From positions 5,904-69,903 of the forward strand of contig JAZIGI010000004.1 in NCBI GenBank assembly GCA_036679125.1: 64,000 nt of DNA. The letters are read 5' to 3'. This document shows positions 1 to 9,900 of this stretch, one piece after another. Within the stretch, counting starts at the first letter, position 1. The number at the start of each line of letters is the position of its first letter. The position numbers were made by a program, and so were the translations under genes. Below the pieces are notes generated by a model. It saw nothing but the letters and a program-made list of their open reading frames with translations. It had not been told where the DNA came from and did no database searches. Origin of the DNA: Actinomycetota bacterium. GTDB taxonomy: Bacteria; Actinomycetota; Coriobacteriia; Anaerosomatales; Anaerosomataceae.

Positions 1-1564
1 GGTCCTGTTCGAGCGAGGAGCAGTCGCCGTCTTCAGGGAGCGTGTCGAGGCGGCGCATGCCGAACGCCAGCACGCGGAGTCCCTCGGCTGACCACCCGTC
101 CACGAGCGCGGCCGATGCCGCGGGATCCAGCGGCACGGTCGACCCGTCGGCAACCATCGCCTCGCGTGAACGCTCGAGGATCGCCTCGGCGGCGCCCTTG
201 GTGAACGACACGTACCCGCCGCCGGGCAGCGTATGCACGGTGGTCATGAGCTTGCGGTCCGAGTCGAACGGCACTTCGGCGGAACGCGGCAACTCCGAGG
301 TGAGGTCCCTCGGCACGAATCCGTTGTCGGCGGCGATTCGGTAGAACGCGATCTCCGTGGGGTCGCCCACGAGCGCGTCGTCGTTGCCGGTCACGTCGTT
401 GGAGAGTGCGAGCGCCCGGCCGAACCAGGTGAGCCCCTCGCCGTCGCCTGCCAGTATCGCGGGATCCACTGCGCGTGCATCGCCGGTGGCGACGTGCTCA
501 ACGGTCATCTCGTTCAGCGTGAGGGTCCCTGTCTTGTCGGTGCAGATGTACGTGACAGAGCCGAGCGCCTCCACGGCCGGTAGCTTGCGGACAAGCGTGT
601 TGGTCTTCACGAGCCTGCTTGCACCCACCGCGAGAGAGATCGTGGCGACGGCGGGCAGCGCTTCCGGAACGGCGGCCACGGCGAGCGCTACCGCGGTGAT
701 GAACAGTTCGAGTGGGTCGCCGCCCTGCATGATGCCGATGACGAACACGAGCGCGCACAGGGCGAGCGCGGCCAGACCGAGCTGCTTGCTGAACTGCGCG
801 AGACGCTTCTGGAGCGGCGTCTTCGTGTCGCCGGCCGAGCCAAGAAGGTGCGCGATCTTGCCGAGTTCGGTCGCCAGGCCGATGCCTGTCACCACACCCA
901 CACCCCGCCCGTAGACCACCTGCGTGCCACGGTACGCCATGCTCGAGCGGTCACCGATAGGGCTGTCGGCGCCCTCGACGGCCTCGATGTACTTCTCCAC
1001 CGGCAGCGACTCGCCGGTGAGCGCCGCCTCGGCCACACGCAGGCCGGCCGACTCGATGAGTCGCATGTCCGCCGGGACCACGCGACCGGCATCGAGCTGC
1101 ACGATGTCGCCCACGGTGAGTTCCGAGGCGGGCACATCGGCGGCGACTCCGTTGCGCCGTACGGTGGCGGTCTCCGCGGCCATCTCACGGAGCGCCTCCA
1201 TCGCGCGCTCGGCACGGAACTCCTGCACCACGCCGATGACGGCGTTCAGGATGACGATCACGAGGATGGCGATGGTGTCGGCGAGCTCGCCGAGCACGCC
1301 GGAGATCACGGCTGCGCCAAGCAGCAACAGGATCAAGAAGTCCTTGAACTGGTCGAGGATCATGGCGGGGATGGTGCGCTTCTCGCCTTCAGGGAGCTCG
1401 TTGGGGCCCACCGCTTCCTGTCGACGCGCTACCTCTTCGGCGCTGAGGCCGTCGGGCGTGCTGCCGAGGCGGGCGAGGACCTCATCGGCGGGGACGGTGT
1501 GCGCCGCATCGACCACGAAGGCGGGGTCGAATGATGCGGGGTCGAGCGGGGTGCGTTTGGACAT
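1..1564 (-). CDS. P-type cation-transporting ATPase (P2-type, Ca2+/Mg2+-like); N-terminal ~521 codons, 3' end lies beyond the window start
   Basis: Absent from the ORF track because it is open at the window edge. My translation starts at ATG 1564-1562, behind GGAGGAAG: MSKRTPLDPASFDP... It contains GLSAEEVARRQEAVGPNELPE (cation-ATPase N-domain), LTGESLPVEK (TGES motif) and ICTDKTGTLT (phosphorylation site). The + strand ORFs at 42-1607 are shadows of this gene. Confidence 0.85.
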   Translation of the reverse strand, partial: MSKRTPLDPASFDPAFVVDAAHTVPADEVLARLGSTPDGLSAEEVARRQEAVGPNELPEGEKRTIPAMILDQFKDFLILLLLGAAVISGVLGELADTIAILVIVILNAVIGVVQEFRAERAMEALREMAAETATVRRNGVAADVPASELTVGDIVQLDAGRVVPADMRLIESAGLRVAEAALTGESLPVEKYIEAVEGADSPIGDRSSMAYRGTQVVYGRGVGVVTGIGLATELGKIAHLLGSAGDTKTPLQKRLAQFSKQLGLAALALCALVFVIGIMQGGDPLELFITAVALAVAAVPEALPAVATISLAVGASRLVKTNTLVRKLPAVEALGSVTYICTDKTGTLTLNEMTVEHVATGDARAVDPAILAGDGEGLTWFGRALALSNDVTGNDDALVGDPTEIAFYRIAADNGFVPRDLTSELPRSAEVPFDSDRKLMTTVHTLPGGGYVSFTKGAAEAILERSREAMVADGSTVPLDPAASAALVDGWSAEGLRVLAFGMRRLDTLPEDGDCSSLEQD

Positions 1565-1734
1565 GCTTCCTCCTGTGTGCGGCTGGTCAGGACACATCTG
1601 TTCCTGAAGGTCTCGCACGCGAGGTGTCTCGTCGGCAGGGCCGGGGCGGATTCACCCGTGATGACGGCCTGCCTCCCGGTGCGGGACCGGGCAGCTACTC
1701 CCCTTCGGACGGCAATGATAGCCGAATCCGGCGG

Positions 1735-2115
1735 CTAGTGCGCGCGAAACGCTTCCTCGCCGCGCACTTCCACAACATGGTTGTCGTTGTCCACGAAGAC
1801 CGCACGGGGTTTCCATGTGCGGGCCTCGGCGTCGTCAAGCTCAACGAACGAAGCGATGATCACGAGATCGCCCTCGCTCACGAGGTGTGCGGCTGCGCCG
1901 TTCACGCAGATCGCACCTGAGCCGCGCGGGCCGGCGATCGTGTAGGTGGTGAGGCGGGCGGCGTTGGTGACGTCCCAGATGTGGACGACCTCGCCGGGCA
2001 GGATGCCCGCCGCGTCGAGCAGGTCCTCATCGACCGTGACGCTGCCTTCATATTCCACATTGGCTTCGGTCACGACGGCGCGGTGGATCTTGCCGCCGAG
2101 CATGGTGCGCTTCAC
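1735..2115 (-). CDS. panD: Aspartate 1-decarboxylase proenzyme
   Basis: ORF 1735..2244 trimmed to GTG 2115 (RBS GAGGGAG). [38 protein letters not shown]... has the typical PanD N-terminus and the G-S self-cleavage site (YEGS). Confidence 0.9.
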   Translation of the reverse strand: MKRTMLGGKIHRAVVTEANVEYEGSVTVDEDLLDAAGILPGEVVHIWDVTNAARLTTYTIAGPRGSGAICVNGAAAHLVSEGDLVIIASFVELDDAEARTWKPRAVFVDNDNHVVEVRGEEAFRAH

Positions 2116-2334
2116 TGTCTGCTCCCTCGGGTACACGCCGCGTGAGCGGTCGCGTCTCGATCCGGATCCTAGGTGGGGGATTGTAGCACGGGTGTGTGCA
2201 GTGCGGTGTTCTGAGCGTGCCGACCAGCGGCGCGGCAGCGTCACATCCGGGCGACCCGCCGGTGACGCGAAGCGAGGTGGCCGCGCTCTGAACGAGTACG
2301 GCCACCTGGTTTGGCGCAGATGCCGCGCCCTTCG

Positions 2335-2496
2335 TCACGCATGATGGTGCGCCTGTGGATGTACAAGCGGTTCACCAGTGATGATACTTGCATCCTCTTT
2401 GTGGTTCAGCTGCCAGAATGCAACCATCGTCGGAATACCGAACCAGAACACGATCCACGCGATACCGGCGACCACAAGCCTCATCGTCTCAGACAC
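2335..2496 (-). CDS. Candidate 53-aa single-pass membrane peptide (below the ORF-track cutoff)
   Basis: My translation: (V/M)SETMRLVVAGIAWIVFWFGIPTMVAFWQLNHKEDASIITGEPLVHPQAHHHA*. GTG 2496 lies 9 nt downstream of GGGGGAGG. It has one hydrophobic helix. It sits in a 667-bp low-GC gap between panD and purB. Confidence 0.35.
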   Translation of the reverse strand: MSETMRLVVAGIAWIVFWFGIPTMVAFWQLNHKEDASIITGEPLVHPQAHHHA

Positions 2497-2782
2497 GGCG
2501 ACTCACCTCCCCCGGAGCGAATTGCAGGTTTGATACGAAGCAAGCCCCTCGTTGTTGGATATACCCAATCGGCCTGGTTCTATGCATGGAATATGCAGAA
2601 ACTCACCGAAAGTTTGCAACAACGGGTTACAATCACCTGGCATATGCGCGGCGTGACCAGCGCACCACTCGCGCGCGTTCCTCGCGTGGGCGATAATGAG
2701 ATCCTGCGGGAGGCGTGGAGATGGCTCCATGCGTGCACCGCATCTCGCGTTCACCCGCGGACTTCACATGAAGGGGCCGATG

Positions 2783-4123
<1,341 letters not shown>

Positions 4124-4248
4124 GGACGGACCGTCCGTCCGCGCGAATGCCAACCGGCGCACAGTCATCTGGCGGATGGCTCTCAACACGCGCGCGCAGA
4201 GGCCGATAGCACCAGGGTCGACATCCACCCGATCGTTCGAGGTTCCGC

Positions 4249-4932
4249 ATGCGCCCCGTCGAACCCATCCTCTCGTCAGTCCGCCCGCACTACGAGGCGG
4301 ATCCCGACCTGACCCGCATCCTGATCAATGCCGCCTCATGGTTCGAGGCGAGCCTCGCCCTCGGGGTGCTCTCCGATGTCCTGCCCGTGCGGGCGCTCGT
4401 CACCTGTGCGAACGTACGGGAGATCGTGAAAGAGCTGCCGCGCTGTCCGATGCCCATGAGTCTCGACTTCGAGAGCCTCGCCCGGGTGTGGGAGCTCGAG
4501 CGGGACGAACACGCATGGGTGCGACGGTTCGAGGACACCGCCGGTGACTACAGCATCGCGCTGCTCGGCGATGGCAACCTCCTCTATGACATCGTGCTGC
4601 GCATCGACGGACGATCGCTGATGCTGATGCCACCGGATCGCTCGCAGGACTTCGTGAATCCCGAGGTGATCGACCTGGTGGTCGAGCGGCCGGCGATCCT
4701 TGCCAGCGTGGTCGACCTCACCGTTGCGATGGGTCTGCCGTTCTACCCGATGTTCTACATGTCGCTGGAAGACTGGCAGCAGGAGTACGCGACGGCGGTC
4801 TTCAGCGAGATTGTCGATGGGTTCGACAGGTTCAGGGAGCCCGCCGTGGTGGAGGCCGCTCGTGCGACAGTGGCGCCGGTGAAGCACAAGCCGCGGCGTC
4901 GCACGAAGAAGGCTGCCACGAAGACGACGTAG
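4249..4932 (+). CDS. Hypothetical protein with a basic C-terminal tail (KHKPRRRTKKAATKTT)
   Basis: 227-aa ORF with ordinary amino-acid composition and a GAGG RBS 6 nt upstream of the ATG. I recognise no motif. Confidence 0.6.
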   Translation: MRPVEPILSSVRPHYEADPDLTRILINAASWFEASLALGVLSDVLPVRALVTCANVREIVKELPRCPMPMSLDFESLARVWELERDEHAWVRRFEDTAGDYSIALLGDGNLLYDIVLRIDGRSLMLMPPDRSQDFVNPEVIDLVVERPAILASVVDLTVAMGLPFYPMFYMSLEDWQQEYATAVFSEIVDGFDRFREPAVVEAARATVAPVKHKPRRRTKKAATKTT

Positions 4933-4988
4933 TATCGGGAGACGCGGCGGCGTAGGTGCGGCTGCGGTTCCGCCACCTTCCTGGCCGC

Positions 4989-5969
4989 TCAGTACCCCCG
5001 GGCCAGGTCCACCGCACTCCGTGGCATGCGCTCCGCTCGCAGGTCCTCGAGGACGGCCGAGAGGGCCCCGACGACATCATCGGCATCCGTGACCGCTGCG
5101 ATGTGCGGTGTGAGCGTCACCCGCGGGTGGCCCCAGTACCACGCATCGCCCGGCGGTGGCTCCACTGGCAACACGTCGAGTACTGCGTGGCGGACGTGTC
5201 CGAGGTCGAGCGCCTCCCGCAGATCCTCCATCACCACCGTGGCCCCGCGTCCCACGTTGATGAACAAGGCATCGTCCAGCCGCGAGAACACCGACATGCC
5301 GATGCTGTGCTCGGTGTCGGCTGTGAGTGGCAGCGCGTTCACCAGCACTACCGTGTCGTGCGGCATCGCATCCGGGTTGCTGGCAGCAGCCGTGCGCGAG
5401 AACGCCGCGTGGGCATGACCGCTCCGATTGAGGCCGCACGTATCGAACCCCACACCGCGGAGCACGGCTGACACGCCGGCGCCGATCTCACCTGTGCCGA
5501 GGATGCTCGCGACCGCACCGCGCATCCGGGGCGGGTCGAGGCGCCGCCACTCGCGGCCGGCCTGCTGATCGCGGTACTCGGCAAGGTGGTGTGCGTGCCC
5601 GAGCACGTGAGCCAGGACGTACAACGCGATCTTGCGCGGCATGTCCCCCACGGTTCGGGTGAGCAGGACGGGGCGGGGGAGTGCGCGCAGCACTGGCACC
5701 AGCGCGTCCACGCCCGCCATCATCGCGTGCACCCACGTGATCCGTGATCGGTCGATGTTCGCTGGCAGCTGGAATCCGGCGAACGCGTCCGCCCAGGCCA
5801 GGTCGTCCCCTGAGAGCGGGCCCTCAGGGACCATGCGGGTCTCGAGGTCGGGGGCCACGACACGCAGCCGCTCGACCACCGCCTCGGCAAGGACGTTGGC
5901 CACCAGCAGACGGCGCACATCGCCGGTCAGTACACCGTCGTGCATGCCGCTGTCCACTGCGATCTCCAC
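4989..5969 (-). CDS. D-isomer-specific 2-hydroxyacid dehydrogenase family protein
   Basis: ORF 4989..6098 trimmed to GTG 5969 (GGAGG 5 nt upstream). NAD fold ILGTGEIGAGVS, plus NVGRGATV...E...LDVLPVEP...TPHIAAVT (the R/E/H catalytic pattern). Confidence 0.8.
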   Translation of the reverse strand: MEIAVDSGMHDGVLTGDVRRLLVANVLAEAVVERLRVVAPDLETRMVPEGPLSGDDLAWADAFAGFQLPANIDRSRITWVHAMMAGVDALVPVLRALPRPVLLTRTVGDMPRKIALYVLAHVLGHAHHLAEYRDQQAGREWRRLDPPRMRGAVASILGTGEIGAGVSAVLRGVGFDTCGLNRSGHAHAAFSRTAAASNPDAMPHDTVVLVNALPLTADTEHSIGMSVFSRLDDALFINVGRGATVVMEDLREALDLGHVRHAVLDVLPVEPPPGDAWYWGHPRVTLTPHIAAVTDADDVVGALSAVLEDLRAERMPRSAVDLARGY

Positions 5970-6059
5970 GAGCGCCTCCAGAAGGTGATGTATGCGTATC
6001 AGTCTATGGACTCGGCGCGGATAGCGCCATGCGGTTCGGCTCACCCGGATTGCGACACG

Positions 6060-6077
6060 CTCTACATTTTTGTAGAG
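6060..6077 (+). promoter_or_regulatory. Perfect inverted repeat CTCTACA-tttt-TGTAGAG, a candidate operator of the RHH/GNAT TA operon
   Basis: AT-rich 7+7 palindrome 20-37 nt upstream of ATG 6097. It overlaps a TAGAGT -10-like hexamer. RHH antitoxins typically autoregulate through such repeats. Confidence 0.45.
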
Positions 6078-6096
6078 TATCCTACGGAGGTATGAC

Positions 6097-6372
6097 ATGG
6101 CCGACTACATTCAGATATCCGCCCAGATCAGTGAGGCCACGCGCGCTCGGCTGGATCAGTACGCGCGCGAGACGGGGCTCAAGAAGGGGCGGCTGATCGA
6201 GGACGCCATCGAGGCGCACCTCGACGCTCTCGATGAGGTGCCGGCCGAGTACCTCATTCCGCACCGCGTGGTGGTGGATGCGGAGTCGTGGGAGCGGATC
6301 GCGGCCGAGATGGACAGCCCCGCCGAACCCACAGCAGCGCTCCGCAACCTGATGCGCACCGATGCTGATTAG
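6097..6372 (+). CDS. Ribbon-helix-helix antitoxin (TacA/DUF1778-like) of a GNAT toxin
   Basis: 91 aa. The RHH-like N-terminus is QISAQISEATRARLDQYARETGLKKGRLIEDAIEAHL. It overlaps the downstream GNAT gene by 11 nt. Confidence 0.8.
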   Translation: MADYIQISAQISEATRARLDQYARETGLKKGRLIEDAIEAHLDALDEVPAEYLIPHRVVVDAESWERIAAEMDSPAEPTAALRNLMRTDAD

Positions 6373-6877
6373 GTCGCTCGAGCGCTCCGACGTGCGGGAG
6401 GGCTTCAGGTGTGGCGAGCCCTCACTCGACCGCTTCCTTGAGCGCTACGCCTGGCAGAATCAGTCGCGCTACCGTCTCGGCGTGACGTACGTGGCGGTCG
6501 ATGATCCCTCTCGCCGCGTACTCGGCTACTTCACCCTTGCGTCCGCGTCCGTGAGCAGCGATGGGTCACCAGTGCGGCTGCCGACGGGGTATGCCGAGGT
6601 CCCGTGCATCCGCATCGGTCGGCTGGCGGTCGACACGCGCGTGCAGGGAGCGGGGCTCGGCACAGAGCTCCTCCGGGCCGCACTCGTAATCGCGCTGGCC
6701 GAGTCTGAACGCGTGGGCTGCGCCGGCGTGATCGTGGACGCGCTGCCCGGGGCCGTGGGCTTCTACGAGCGCTTCGGTTTCCGCTCGCTTGGAGTGCGCG
6801 CGGGCGCCGGAGCCGCACGACCCCGGCCGACGCTCATGTGGCTCGGGGTGGGGACCATACGGCGAGCGGCGGAGTAG
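6362..6877 (+). CDS. GNAT-family acetyltransferase toxin (TacT/AtaT-like)
   Basis: 171 aa. FRCGEPSLDRFLERYAWQNQ...VLGYFTLASAS...IGRLAVDTRVQGAGLGTELL...FYERFGF. This pattern and the operon context are typical of type II GNAT toxins. Confidence 0.8.
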   Translation: MLIRSLERSDVREGFRCGEPSLDRFLERYAWQNQSRYRLGVTYVAVDDPSRRVLGYFTLASASVSSDGSPVRLPTGYAEVPCIRIGRLAVDTRVQGAGLGTELLRAALVIALAESERVGCAGVIVDALPGAVGFYERFGFRSLGVRAGAGAARPRPTLMWLGVGTIRRAAE

Positions 6878-6994
6878 CCGGGCCAGGGCGCGGTACTCTC
6901 TCGCGCATCCGGAACCGCCGATGGTACTCTGAGCTCGTCATCGGTGTCCGCAGGGGCCGGCGCACCGGATCGAGCGACCTCTGGGGGTACACGC

Positions 6995-9900
6995 ATGCGC
7001 CGACTGCTCGCGCCACTTCTTCTTGCGCTCTCGATCCTGGTGGTGACTCCGGCCGCGGCTTTCGCGGTCGACTACCACGTGGCGGTAGGCGGTGACGACG
7101 CGGCTGGCACAGGCGCACCCGACGACCCGTTCGCCAGCGTCCAGAAGGCGATCGACGTCGCGGCCGTCGGCGGCGGCAACGTGTACGTCGGACCCGGTAC
7201 GTTCACCGGGAACATCACGCTCAAGAACGGCGTTTCGCTCTACGGGGCGGGCGCCACGAACACCACGCTCACCGTCGTGAGTGGGAGCGTGATAACCATC
7301 AGCAACATCGGCGGTGGCGAGACCGTCTCCGGGTTCACCATCACCGGCGGGTCGGCGGTGTACGGGGCAGGCGTGTACTGCGTGAACTCATCGCCGGTCA
7401 TCGAGAACAACACCATCAAGGGCAACTCCGCATTCCGTGCCGACGGAGAAGCATCCGGCGGTGGCCTCCACAGCCGTGGCGGCGCGCCTCTCATCCGCAA
7501 CAACCTCATCACCGGCAACACCGCTTCGGGGGCGTACCCCGCGGGAGCCGGTATCACCCTGGTGAGCTCCGCCGCAACGATCCACGGCAACACCATCGTG
7601 GCGAACTCGGTCGAAGGCGACGAATCCGACGGCATGGGTGGCAGCGGCTACGGCGGCGGCATCCACAGCGTCGGCACGTGCTACATCACCGCGAACACCA
7701 TTGCGGACAACATGGTCACCGCCGGGTACGCCGTTGGTGGCGGCGTCTTCGCGATCGACGGGTCGCCGCAGATCGTCGGCAACACCATCACCGGCAACCT
7801 GGCCGAAGGTGCGCCAGCCGACGCGTACGACTATGGTTCGGCGACGGCTGGCGGTGTCGGCGTGCTCCGCGCCTCGGCGCTCATCGCGCGCAACGTGATA
7901 GCGGACAACGTGGCTCGCGGGCAGGGCGCCACGGCTGGTGGCCTCTACTTCAACTCGCAGTTGGATGTGCACACACCCGACATCGTCGGCAACATCATCA
8001 CCGGCAATTCCGCCGAAGGGGTGCCTTCGGCGATGGGTGGCGGATCGGCGTCCGGCGGCGGCGTCGAGCTTTCCGATGGAGCGCCGCGGCTGATCGGCAA
8101 CGTGATCAGCGACAACACCGTGAGCGGCGAGTGGGGCGAGGCCGGCGGGGTGCGTGTGAGCGCGTTCTGGGAGCGCACGACGCCCACGATCGCCAACAAC
8201 GTAATCACGGGGAACACCGTGGCTGTCTCGTCGAGCGGTACGGGTGCCGGACTGGTGTTCGACTCCTCGGCCGCGTTCGTGCGGAACAACACCATCGCCG
8301 ACAACACGGTCCAGGGTGCCTATGCGGGCGCAGGCGGCGTGTTCGCGGACGACTTCTGGGGACTCGGCCGGCCGGACATCAAGAACTGCATCCTATGGGG
8401 CAACACAGGAGCAGAGCTCACGGGTGTGGGCGCCACCTACTCGTGCGTCGAGGGCGGCGCCTCGGGGGAGGGGAACACCAGCAGCGATCCCGGGTTCGCG
8501 GATGCCGCCGGCGATGACTACAGCCTTACCGGGGACTCACCGTGCATCGATATGGCCGATGCGTCCGTTGCGCCTGCGCTCGATATCCGCGGAGTCGTGC
8601 GTCCGCAGGGCGTCGGTCCGGACACGGGTGCGTACGAGTACGTGTCCGCCACGCCGGCCCCGCCGGCGGCTAGCGACGATGCGTACGTGGTGCGTGAGGA
8701 CCACCTGCTCGCGGTCCACGGTCAGGGAGTGCTCGCGAATGACTCGGTCCTCACCGACGGCGCACCGCTGATCGCCAGCGTCACGACGGCTCCCTCGCAC
8801 GGAAGCGTCTCGCTCGATCCTCGCGGCTCCTTCACCTACATGCCCGACGCCGACTTCGACGGTCTCGATTCGTTCGAATACACGGTGACCGATGGCCTCG
8901 GCGGCACCAGCGTCGCAACCGTCACGATCACCGTGACGCCCACATCGAGCGCGCCCGTCATCGATGCTATCGAGGACGTGGTCGCCGACGAGCTCGTGGA
9001 GCTCGTCGTGAGCGTGACGGCGACTGACGGCGTGGCGCCGATCCAGCCTCTCGTGTTCGGTCTCGTCGGCGACGTGCCGCCGGGGGCGTCGATCGACGCC
9101 ACGACCGGCATCTTCACCTGGACGCCGACCGAGGAGCAGGGTCCGGGCGAGTACGACATCCACGTCACCGTGCGCGGCAGCGCCTCGGTGGACGCCGAGG
9201 CGTTCACGGTGACGGTAGCCGAGGTGAATGTCGCCCCCGTGTTCGATGCGATCGGTGACGTACATATCGATGAGTGCGTCGTGTCCACGTTCACCGTGAC
9301 CGCGGCTGACACCGACATCCCCGCGAACACGCTCACGTTCTCGCTCGCCGACGGCGCGCCGGACGGCGTCTCGATCGACGCCACCACCGGCGTTCTCACC
9401 TGGACGCCAACCGAGGAGCAGGGCCCTGCCGCCTACGAGATCCCCGTGGTGGTGAGCGACGGGGCGCTCGAGGACACGGCAGCGGTCACGGTGAACGTGG
9501 CCGAGGTGAACGTCGCCCCAATGCTCGGCGAGATAGGCGACCAGAGCGGGGACGAACTCGCGCCGATCACGTTCACAGCCACGGCGACGGACGCGGACAT
9601 TCCGGCGAACACGCTGACCTTCGCGCTCGCCGACGATGCGCCCGCAGGCGCTTCGATCGACGCCACGACCGGGGTCTTCACCTGGACGCCCAGTGAGGCG
9701 CACGGCCCAGCCGCTCACGAGATCACGATCGTCGCCTCAGACGGTGCGCTGGAGGACTCCGCCACGGTCACGGTCAACGTGGCCGAGGTGAACACGGCGC
9801 CGGCTCTTGATTGGATCGGGAACCAGTCAGTCACGCTCGGGGAGGCCGTTGCGTTCACGGCCAGCGCGGTCGATGCCGACCTGCCAGCCAACGACCTGGC

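Noticed and set aside
1565-1734. The 170-nt leader between panD and the P-type ATPase as an M-box (Mg2+) riboswitch.
   Set aside because: I saw only a generic hairpin (CTGCCCGGT...ACCGGGAGGCAG, probably the panD terminator) and no recognisable M-box consensus.
2497-2782. A possible purine/ZTP-type riboswitch in the purB leader.
   Set aside because: I could not find the conserved cores I remember: the ZTP GGGUCGUGACUGGCG ... CCGCCUGGGC, or the purine-riboswitch loop motifs. An Infernal scan would be needed, so I make no claim.
4124-4140. The short hairpin GGACGG-accgt-CCGTCC after purB as a terminator.
   Set aside because: The stem is only 6 bp with no U-tract, which is too weak to call.
6944-6994. 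An upstream ATG (6944) as the start of the giant surface protein.
   Set aside because: ATG 6995 immediately precedes a canonical signal peptide (MRRLLAPLLLALSILVVTPAAAFA) and follows a GGGGG purine tract. The 17 extra residues would bury the signal peptide's n-region.
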